Of a DNA stretch of 64,000 bases, positions 20,401 through 27,448 are shown in pieces. The first letter of the stretch is position 1, and each line of letters opens with the position of its first letter. The DNA lies in the NCBI GenBank assembly GCA_017521465.1, contig JAFXCN010000020.1, positions 5,797 through 69,796 on the forward strand. Direction: 5' to 3'. The stretch is from Clostridia bacterium. GTDB lineage: Bacteria > Bacillota > Clostridia > TANB77 > UBA1234. Both the position numbers and the translations under genes were made by a program. The notes beneath the pieces are model-generated. The model had not been told where the DNA came from. It did no database searches and saw only the letters and a list, made by a program, of their open reading frames with translations.

Positions 20401-22236
20401 TCGTTTGAAGGTGGCGGTGGAGGCGGTGGCGATGGAGTTCGTATAGACTTTGCAACCACAGCATTATTTGACACTGTTTATACCGATGAAAATGGTGTTG
20501 CAGAATATGAAGTAAAACTTCCGGACAACATTACTACATGGAATTTGAATGTAGAAGCTACAACTAAAGATTATAGAGCTACATCTATAGATAAAGATAT
20601 TGTTGTTACCTTGCCATTCTTTTCAACTGCAGTTATGAATGAAAAATATTTGGTGGGAGAAACACCAAGTGTAAGCATTAGAAGTAATGGTACAGATGTA
20701 AAAACAGGTGATAAAGTTACATATGATGTGACTATAACGGATACAAATAATAAGATTACGAAATTTACTAAAGAATCTGAAATAGGAAAATATTTAAATA
20801 TTTCGTTGGGCAAACTTGAAAGGGGAGAATATACTCTTCTCGTGAAAGCTAGTTGTAATGGGTTGACAGATGCTTTCGAAAGAACTATAGAAGCGGTTAA
20901 CACTTTACAAGAAACAACAAATACAACACCATGTGATTTGATTAAAGGCGAAAAGATTAGTGTGGATAAGGGAAGCGGTGTAGTATATCTATATAACGCA
21001 GATATAGAAAAAATCTTTGATGATTTAGTGAAATTATCAATGTTACCAAGAGTTAGAAACGATCAAAAGGTTATATCATATATGACAGACAATCTTTGGA
21101 GAAAATTGCAAAATATAGATGCGCCAGCTGATAAGCCATATATAAATACATATAATGGAATAGAATTAATTGAAGATTTTTCGAATAAAGATTCATTATT
21201 AACAGCCAAAATTGTTTCGACAGGATATTTTGCAGAATCGAAATCACAAGATATCATAAAATATTTTAAAAATATTATTAAAAACGATGATATTGATATT
21301 AGAGAAAAACTATATGCATATTGGGGATTGGCAGCATTAAAAGAGCCAGTGTTAAATGATATAAAATTACTTGATTCAGAATTTGCATATATGGATAGTT
21401 ACGAAAAAGCTATAGTTGGTTTGGCATATGCTGATATAGGCGATTATGTGAGTGCAAACAAAATTTTTGATGAACTAATTTTGCTTGCTGATCAAGCGTC
21501 AAACGAAACATATGAGTATATAACAATGTTAGCATTTAAACTAAATAGGCAAGAAAGAGAAAACTTATATGATAAATATCTTTCGCTAAATAGAGAATCA
21601 GAATATTCGAATTTTGTAAAATTATTTAGAATACAAAACGAAGTGCAAAATAATGTTGAAGATGCGTATGTAAATTTAGAAGTAAATGGCGAAGAAAAGA
21701 AAATTGATATTAAAGGAATCAATATAGAAAGCTTTGCATTTACATATAAAGATGAGATAAAAATAAAAGACAAGAGCGACAATCTTCTTTCAAGATTTAG
21801 AAGAACAGAAGAAATAACTTCTAAAAATGCACCAAAAATAAATGCGATTTCGAAAACATATATAGTTAATGGTAAAGAAAGTAATACTTTTAAAATGGGA
21901 GATATGGTTACTGTTACAATAAAACTTGATTATAATGAATTGGCAAAAGAAAATATACCATATCTATATACGGTAGAAGATGTAATGCCAAACTGTTTCA
22001 AATATTCTTATGAAGAAGATTATGACTATGAACATTTAAAAGTAGATTCGCCATATAAAAAAGACGGACAAAAATTATATTTCTATGTTCATAAATGTAA
22101 CGAAGGTGAACAATACATCTCATATACTGCTATAGCAACTGCGAAAGGTGAATTCGTTTCAGATGGGGTAATACTTAAAAATACAGAAAACAAAGTAATA
22201 GATTATCACAAAATAGATAATATAATTGTAGAATAA
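17470..22236 (+). CDS. alpha-2-macroglobulin-family (MG-domain) giant protein, N-terminally membrane anchored
   Basis: 1588 aa with N-terminal TM. A2M-family signature FATTALFDTVYTDENG...LPDNITTWNLNVEATT...LPFFSTAVMNEKYLVGE. A run of 7 Gly precedes it. Confidence 0.6.
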   Translation: MKKKIIISFILICIIVALIAFFIHNQNNHSIDTKFVNYPTFTVTATSEHNNLIDIDTSFNLKASEGTTLELVQSCFSITPKVEYEINEISKDYYALTLKEELEADKIYNIEYKTDKAPYKWSFQTEKKFNVANFYPGNKEYVLPSTVIEIDFTYIPDDNIREFFAISPNVEGKFLFDERRIRFVPNGKLALATTYEVTILEGYGNKENDEKTTEQSFSFSTTISEKYGTMSNLKKIDFDADKYAFGENQDIYISHYNYYDDNITNYKIAIYQYKNSVDFVEDLMAKEVYGNYPELKPVDLTRLDKIDEKELLATDVVEYEYSWKKAVPIDANLSEGYYIVVITINGIDYYMPLQINNTIAVTQYFDDRLMVWVHDLKTQKPFANAKIKIDDIDMGVTNKEGYCVLTGIELPEDKDLLVQIYAENRTTIYDVITSHNYWSGATSEYDNTYIKFDRDTFKTGEILNTWGFIKDRRNIETKECTLTIKSSSEGAVFEERKITLDEFGTFKAAFDLTNYTSGSYFLSVYANGNQTSEKWFEIRDYETNSYDVSMSLDKKNVRAGEKITCSLNVKLFDGTPLENIRYNAKIEMGDKVTTKEITTDANGDASFEIDTSIYYTYNNIIYGYVRLTPIGIEDQNYLAKSFSVYPHEETFETNGKYIDKEKMYEFNIETYYNDYTNMDEVKKGALTNRTGKVMLTRYRKEKVVTSTYFDENTKTMKENYKIVKHFDGFEELEYTTVDGKATVRYASPYATRDEGVVEYTASFYSEKDWKNISDRWTYVSEEYDANENQVDFLMNNYYLDSDAEPYGCKVGQEINLKVVNVTDDKTPENVYVMYVLKSAKGTEIIYTDKAEYKLKFEKEFGADITIEGFVFDGTTIRALGDYYYDTQYRFSLADEELDMQVEVEFDKEHYKPGDTAKLKIVTKVDDNPVKAAVNLSAVNKEYLAANPQYNGDILYALHNYYNFYIKAESFTHTILSSSFEGGGGGGGDGVRIDFATTALFDTVYTDENGVAEYEVKLPDNITTWNLNVEATTKDYRATSIDKDIVVTLPFFSTAVMNEKYLVGETPSVSIRSNGTDVKTGDKVTYDVTITDTNNKITKFTKESEIGKYLNISLGKLERGEYTLLVKASCNGLTDAFERTIEAVNTLQETTNTTPCDLIKGEKISVDKGSGVVYLYNADIEKIFDDLVKLSMLPRVRNDQKVISYMTDNLWRKLQNIDAPADKPYINTYNGIELIEDFSNKDSLLTAKIVSTGYFAESKSQDIIKYFKNIIKNDDIDIREKLYAYWGLAALKEPVLNDIKLLDSEFAYMDSYEKAIVGLAYADIGDYVSANKIFDELILLADQASNETYEYITMLAFKLNRQERENLYDKYLSLNRESEYSNFVKLFRIQNEVQNNVEDAYVNLEVNGEEKKIDIKGINIESFAFTYKDEIKIKDKSDNLLSRFRRTEEITSKNAPKINAISKTYIVNGKESNTFKMGDMVTVTIKLDYNELAKENIPYLYTVEDVMPNCFKYSYEEDYDYEHLKVDSPYKKDGQKLYFYVHKCNEGEQYISYTAIATAKGEFVSDGVILKNTENKVIDYHKIDNIIVE

Positions 22237-22246
22237 TTGGAAAATA

Positions 22247-22285
22247 AAACCTGTTTGTATCGATTGATACATGCAGGTTTTTTAT
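22247..22285 (+). terminator. rho-independent terminator
   Basis: AAACCTG...CAGGTT followed by TTTTAT. Confidence 0.55.
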
Positions 22286-22536
22286 ATACTAGAAAGCTTA
22301 CTTTTTCTAGTATATAAAAACACTTATTTTAAGCGTGAGATTTTCTCTTTTTAGTCGAAAACTCACGAGGGTCGAAAGACAGAAAATGTACAATTTTCTG
22401 CCTTTTTTTGAATGTTACAAAAATGTTACATAACTATTACAGTTGTGTTAAAAATGGTTACATTTTGTTGAAGTTTGACGAGCCGTGTGTTATCTTATAA
22501 ATATATGTAACTATGTTATAAGGAGTGGATTGAATT
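22286..22536 (+). promoter_or_regulatory. regulatory region of the Tad-like operon: palindrome, attenuator-like hairpin, phased (T)GTTACA direct repeats, promoter
   Basis: TATACTAGAAA..TTTCTAGTATA palindrome (22286-22316). CAGAAAAT-GTACA-ATTTTCTG hairpin followed by T7 (22372-22402). GTTACA at 22410 and 22421, GGTTACA at 22467. TTGACG at 22485 with -10 TATAAA/TAAATA. Confidence 0.5.
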
Positions 22537-23862
22537 ATGATGTTAGTAGGACCTATGAAGAAAAAAATGGTAACAACGGTTATTCTTGTTGTTATTATAT
22601 TGACAGTAATATTTGGGGTTATAGGCTTTTTATTGTTGAGTGGTAAGCAAAATCAAATTGATGAATTAATGAAAAAAGCAGAGGTAGTAGAAAGATATGT
22701 GTTTACAGAGAACTTTCCTGCTGGTCACGTAATTGATGGTGATGATTTGACCTTAGCTGTTGTAAAAGCGGAGAGCACACCAGATAATTCATACAGTTTT
22801 CAAACTGTTGTAACTCCTGGCAATAGAGAGGAAATATACCAATATACAGGAACAACATACAAAACTGGTGAACTTGTAAATACGTTAGAGTTGCTTATAG
22901 GAAGAACATTAAAAATTAATGCATCAAGAAAAACAACATTAACTGATGAAATGCTTGTTCCAATCGATGAAACACCTTCAGACGATTTGAGACTTGAAGA
23001 ATTTACAATGATTAATCTTCCAAGTGATGCGGTTGATGGTGAATATATTGATGTTAGAATAATGTTCCCTACCGGTGAAGACTTTACAGTTTTACTTGGA
23101 AAGAAAATAGAAAAGTATACAGATAGTACAATTTTCTTAAAACTTACTGAAGATGAAATTTTAACTATGGGAAGTGCTATTGTTGAAGCTTATATGTATG
23201 AAGGAACAAAAATATATGCAACAAAATATGTAGATCCTTCTAATCAATTATATAGTTATAAAAAAATAGACTATGTTGCTAAATATAAGGCAGCTGTAGC
23301 TAGTTTGATAGAATCAAAAGAAGAAAAGAATCTTGAAGCGATTATTGAAAAATTCAGAACTGCTAGTCCAGAAGAATATGAAGCCTTATTAGCAGAATAT
23401 CCAGATACATATAGAGAAGAACTTGCAAAAAGACATTCAAATGAAATTAAAGTAATGGAAAGAGACGTTGAAATCAATGAGATTGCACAATACATTGGAT
23501 TGAACGAATATGAAACTGAAGAACTAAGAACAGCAATCGATGAAAAGAATGAAGATGTAATTTCAAAATATGAAAACAAAATTGTAACATCTAAGAAACA
23601 ATTAGCAAGAACTTATCCTGTAAAACCAGAAGTTTTATCTGTAATAAAATCTAATCCGAATATTCTAAAAGAAATTAAGGATACTTTTGATGTTACAGCT
23701 CAAATATCAGGCGAAGTTCAAAAATTTGATCCAACATTATATGGAGATGAAAATAGTATTCAAGAAGCATATGAAAAATATGTAGAAAACGTAAAAAATG
23801 AACTTCAAACACAAAAAGATGAAAGAGTAAAATATTTAAATTCATTAATTGCAGGAGAATAA
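22537..23862 (+). CDS. CpaB/RcpC-like pilus assembly protein with long C-terminal helical extension
   Basis: N-terminal TM. SAF-like segment VVERYVFTENFPAGHVIDGDDL. CpaB-like beta-rich region (YIDVRIMFPTGEDFTVLL). C-terminal 200 aa is a charged helical extension. Confidence 0.5.
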   Translation: MMLVGPMKKKMVTTVILVVIILTVIFGVIGFLLLSGKQNQIDELMKKAEVVERYVFTENFPAGHVIDGDDLTLAVVKAESTPDNSYSFQTVVTPGNREEIYQYTGTTYKTGELVNTLELLIGRTLKINASRKTTLTDEMLVPIDETPSDDLRLEEFTMINLPSDAVDGEYIDVRIMFPTGEDFTVLLGKKIEKYTDSTIFLKLTEDEILTMGSAIVEAYMYEGTKIYATKYVDPSNQLYSYKKIDYVAKYKAAVASLIESKEEKNLEAIIEKFRTASPEEYEALLAEYPDTYREELAKRHSNEIKVMERDVEINEIAQYIGLNEYETEELRTAIDEKNEDVISKYENKIVTSKKQLARTYPVKPEVLSVIKSNPNILKEIKDTFDVTAQISGEVQKFDPTLYGDENSIQEAYEKYVENVKNELQTQKDERVKYLNSLIAGE

Positions 23863-23874
23863 AAATAGGAGGAT

Positions 23875-24630
23875 ATGCAAATGAAAAGTATAGGATTTGT
23901 TGGCGAAATGGATAAAACAGGATTACTTTTATGCGTTGGAAAAATGATAGCCTCGCTAGGTGCAAAAGTAATGTTTGTTGATGCTACAAAAGCACAAAAA
24001 ACTAGATATGTAGTTCCACTTGTTATGGATAATGAAACACAAGAACAATATATTACACAACATGATGGAGTTGAAGTTGCTGTAGGATTTAACAATATAC
24101 TTGAGCTAAAAAAATACCTATTATCGAAAGGCGAAGATTTTTCAGAATATGAATATATCTTAATAGATAGTGATAATGAAGAAATGTGTGAAGAATATGA
24201 TATGAAAAGTGCAAACAAATTATTTTTTGTTACAACCTTTGACAAAATGCATTTGGCTAAAGGTTTAGAATTATTGAAATTTGTATGCGCATCAAAAAGA
24301 AGAGAAGATCCAAACGGTTCAGTTAATATTGAAAAAATATTATCATATACGCAAACGAATATTAAAGCAGTTGATGATAGATATATAGAAAGACTAACAG
24401 AAAACTTACCTATTAATTGGGCAACAGAAAAAATAGTTGTATCATATGACGAAGGTGATTTATCAGCCTTTATTCAAAATCAATACAGAAACAAAATAGA
24501 ATTTAGAGATATGACACCACAAACAAAAATAGGTATTATTGATGTTGTTTCTGTGGTTACAGGCGAAGAAAAAACAAGACTTAAAAAAGTTTTAAAAAGT
24601 ATTGAAAAAAATGCAAGATTTATTGGGTAA
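23875..24630 (+). CDS. ParA/MinD-fold protein with degenerate Walker A (TadZ/CpaE-like pseudo-ATPase)
   Basis: IGFVGEMDKTG occupies the place of the deviant Walker A KGGVGKTT. YILIDSD is Walker-B-like. Confidence 0.45.
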   Translation: MQMKSIGFVGEMDKTGLLLCVGKMIASLGAKVMFVDATKAQKTRYVVPLVMDNETQEQYITQHDGVEVAVGFNNILELKKYLLSKGEDFSEYEYILIDSDNEEMCEEYDMKSANKLFFVTTFDKMHLAKGLELLKFVCASKRREDPNGSVNIEKILSYTQTNIKAVDDRYIERLTENLPINWATEKIVVSYDEGDLSAFIQNQYRNKIEFRDMTPQTKIGIIDVVSVVTGEEKTRLKKVLKSIEKNARFIG

Positions 24631-24654
24631 TAGATTGAAAGGGGAGTAACAAAA

Positions 24655-25488
24655 ATGCCAATAGTATCATTTTGGAGTACAGTAGAATCTACTCAAACTT
24701 CTACAACATCTACTGCTGTAGCTGTAGCAAATGCTATAGCTACTAGACCAGATGTAGGATATAAAACACTATTAATGCAAACACACTATAATAATTTTGA
24801 TATGGAAACTTCTTATTACAACATGAATAAAATGTCTTCAAAAGGAAGTCTTGATATCGCAGATACAGGAATAGACGCGTTAGATAGATTGTTAAGAAGT
24901 AATAAATTAACACCTGAAAATATACCAAACTATGCAAAACCAGTTTTAAAAGGCAAATTAGAATTGCTTTATGGTACATTTAAAAATGATAGAGATTCAT
25001 ATGAAAGAGTCTTAGAAACAATGCCTATGATAGTCGACTATGCAAGTCAACTATATGACATGGTATTTGTAGATTTGAATAGAGGTTATGGTAATGCAGC
25101 TATGACCCAAATTCTTCAAAAATCTGATTTAATAGTTTTAACTATGAGCCAGAAAACAGAGGTATTGAAAAAATTATTTAAAGATGTAGAAGATTTAAAA
25201 ATCTTCAAAGAAAAACCAGTAATTTCAGTTATAGGTAGATATGATAGATTCTCAAAATATAATTCAAAGAATATTGCTAGAACATTTAACTATAAGAAAC
25301 CTATATACTGTATACCATACAATACACAATTCTTTGATGCTTGTAATGAAGGAAAAGCTTTGAATTTCTTCGTTGAAAATATGAATGCAGATATTGCAAC
25401 AGATAGAAATGGATATTTTATTTCAGAGGTAAATAAGATATCAAATCAAATTATGGAAGAATTAAAATCGAAATTAGTTGAAAGATAA
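24655..25488 (+). CDS. ParA/MinD-fold protein lacking a P-loop (second TadZ/CpaE-like)
   Basis: IVSFWSTVESTQTSTTSTAVAVANAIA replaces the P-loop. MVFVDLNRGYGN and LIVLTMSQ segments follow the ParA architecture. Confidence 0.45.
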   Translation: MPIVSFWSTVESTQTSTTSTAVAVANAIATRPDVGYKTLLMQTHYNNFDMETSYYNMNKMSSKGSLDIADTGIDALDRLLRSNKLTPENIPNYAKPVLKGKLELLYGTFKNDRDSYERVLETMPMIVDYASQLYDMVFVDLNRGYGNAAMTQILQKSDLIVLTMSQKTEVLKKLFKDVEDLKIFKEKPVISVIGRYDRFSKYNSKNIARTFNYKKPIYCIPYNTQFFDACNEGKALNFFVENMNADIATDRNGYFISEVNKISNQIMEELKSKLVER

Positions 25489-25512
25489 AATGAAAAGAGG
25501 TGATACTCTAAT

Positions 25513-27432
25513 ATGTTTATTAACTATACATTGATAGGCATTTTAATATTTGGTGCAATATTTTTCTTTGCATATATCTTCGTGAAAAAAGATAATACTA
25601 TGTTACCTAAAAACGAACGTGATAGCAGAATGTATACTGTTGAGCAAATGACTAAATTTATTAAAGCGAGACTTGACGAAATAACAAGAACAAACCTTTA
25701 CGATATAGGATTATCTGAAGAAGAATTGAAAAGAAGAAAAAGCAAAAAATATGAACTAAAGAAAGCCTTAAAAGGTTGTACATATGGAGATGTAAACGAT
25801 AAAAAATATATTAAAGAGTTGATATTTGATTTATTACATAGAGAATATGGAGTGAATCAAGTAAATATCACTAATGCTATAGATTTTGATAACGTTGATA
25901 AACTTACAACAATTGATAAGTTTGACATATTGTTATATATGTACAAATTACAATATGGATATAATGCATTAACAGAATTAATAGTGAAATATAACTTAGA
26001 TGATATAAAAACGGTATATGGTTCAACAACTCCATCATATGTAATTACGCCAGAAGAAATTGATGATATTTTTGAAAAAGAATATGATTATCTTTCTTTT
26101 GAAGATAGATTAAATATTTTATCTCAAAGAATATATCAAAATTATAAAGGATTTAGTGTAATTGATGAAATAAGAGATATGAACATAGATGGTATCTCTG
26201 GAGGTGTTTCTGGTCTTCCAGAATCATTTATGTATCAAGTTGCACAACTTGGTGATTATATTAAGCAAACTCAAGAAAAAACTATACCAAGAGCTTACGA
26301 TAGTGTATGGATTTTCTTTAGAGGTAAATCAATCCAAATGGCTTGTTTGTCATTTGGCTCATATGATGAATTAAAGAGAGTATGTCAAAATATTTATAAA
26401 TACAATAATCCAGGACAATTATCAGATACAAATGGATATAAGATTAATGAAATGAAAGACGGTTCCCGTGTCGTTGTTGTTAGACCAAGTATGTCTGAAT
26501 CATGGGCGTTCTTTGTAAGAAAGTTCGACACACCAAATGCCGTTCTTGAAAACTTGATCAAGCAACCAGGAAAAGAATTTGTAATACCAATGCTAAAATT
26601 CTTGGTAAAAGGTGCCAGAGTTACAGCTCTTACTGGTGAACAAGGTTGTGGTAAAACAACAATGCTTATGGCGATGATAAAATATATTTATCCAACTCTA
26701 AACATAAGAGTTCAAGAAACTGCATTCGAGTTACACTTAAGAAAAGTTTATCCAAATAGAAACATATTAACATTTAGAGAGACGGATACAGTTTCAGGAC
26801 AAGAAGGACTTGACCTTCAAAAGAAAACTGACGGTGCTGTTAACATCCTTGGAGAGGTTGCTACTGACGCGGTTGCTGCTTGGATGATTCAGATGGCCCA
26901 AGTTGCTTCAAAATTTACAATCTTTACTCACCATGCTAAAACATTTGAAAATTTAATACTATCTCTTCGTAACTCATTATTGAAGATTGGTATGTTTAAC
27001 AATGAAAAAGTTGCTGAAATACAGGTAGTAAACGTTATGAACTTCGAAGTACATCTAAAAAGAGGTTTCGATGGTTCGAGATTTATAGAAAGAATAACAG
27101 AATGTATTCCGATAAAGGAAAAAAATCCATATACATTTGATCACAGAAATGAAACAACATTAGAAGGGAAATTTGATAAATTTATGGATAATGCAACTCA
27201 CTATTTCCAAAAGATTACAGAAACAGAAACATTCAAAGCTGTTAATATAATTGAATTCCAAGATGGTGAGTATGTAATAAAAAATAGAATTTCAGATGAA
27301 AACATTGCATTAATGAAAGAAAACATGTCTGATGAAGACCAAAAGCTTTTCAAAGAATATTTGGATGAATATTTTGGTGGTGCAGGTGGTTATGTAGCTT
27401 CTAATACAAATAGAAGAATAGTAATTGATTAA
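25513..27432 (+). CDS. CpaF/TadA/VirB11-family secretion ATPase with N-terminal TM anchor and long N-domain
   Basis: Walker A TGEQGCGKTT. Asp/Glu boxes NILGEVATDAV. His box FTHHAKT. N-terminal hydrophobic segment LIGILIFGAIFFFAYIFV. Confidence 0.75.
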   Translation: MFINYTLIGILIFGAIFFFAYIFVKKDNTMLPKNERDSRMYTVEQMTKFIKARLDEITRTNLYDIGLSEEELKRRKSKKYELKKALKGCTYGDVNDKKYIKELIFDLLHREYGVNQVNITNAIDFDNVDKLTTIDKFDILLYMYKLQYGYNALTELIVKYNLDDIKTVYGSTTPSYVITPEEIDDIFEKEYDYLSFEDRLNILSQRIYQNYKGFSVIDEIRDMNIDGISGGVSGLPESFMYQVAQLGDYIKQTQEKTIPRAYDSVWIFFRGKSIQMACLSFGSYDELKRVCQNIYKYNNPGQLSDTNGYKINEMKDGSRVVVVRPSMSESWAFFVRKFDTPNAVLENLIKQPGKEFVIPMLKFLVKGARVTALTGEQGCGKTTMLMAMIKYIYPTLNIRVQETAFELHLRKVYPNRNILTFRETDTVSGQEGLDLQKKTDGAVNILGEVATDAVAAWMIQMAQVASKFTIFTHHAKTFENLILSLRNSLLKIGMFNNEKVAEIQVVNVMNFEVHLKRGFDGSRFIERITECIPIKEKNPYTFDHRNETTLEGKFDKFMDNATHYFQKITETETFKAVNIIEFQDGEYVIKNRISDENIALMKENMSDEDQKLFKEYLDEYFGGAGGYVASNTNRRIVID

Positions 27433-27448
27433 TTAAGGGAGGATTGAT

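Noticed and set aside
17470-22236. Canonical thioester-containing A2M
   Set aside because: No CxEQ is found at the expected position before the C-terminal domain; only CNEGEQ lies near the extreme C-terminus.
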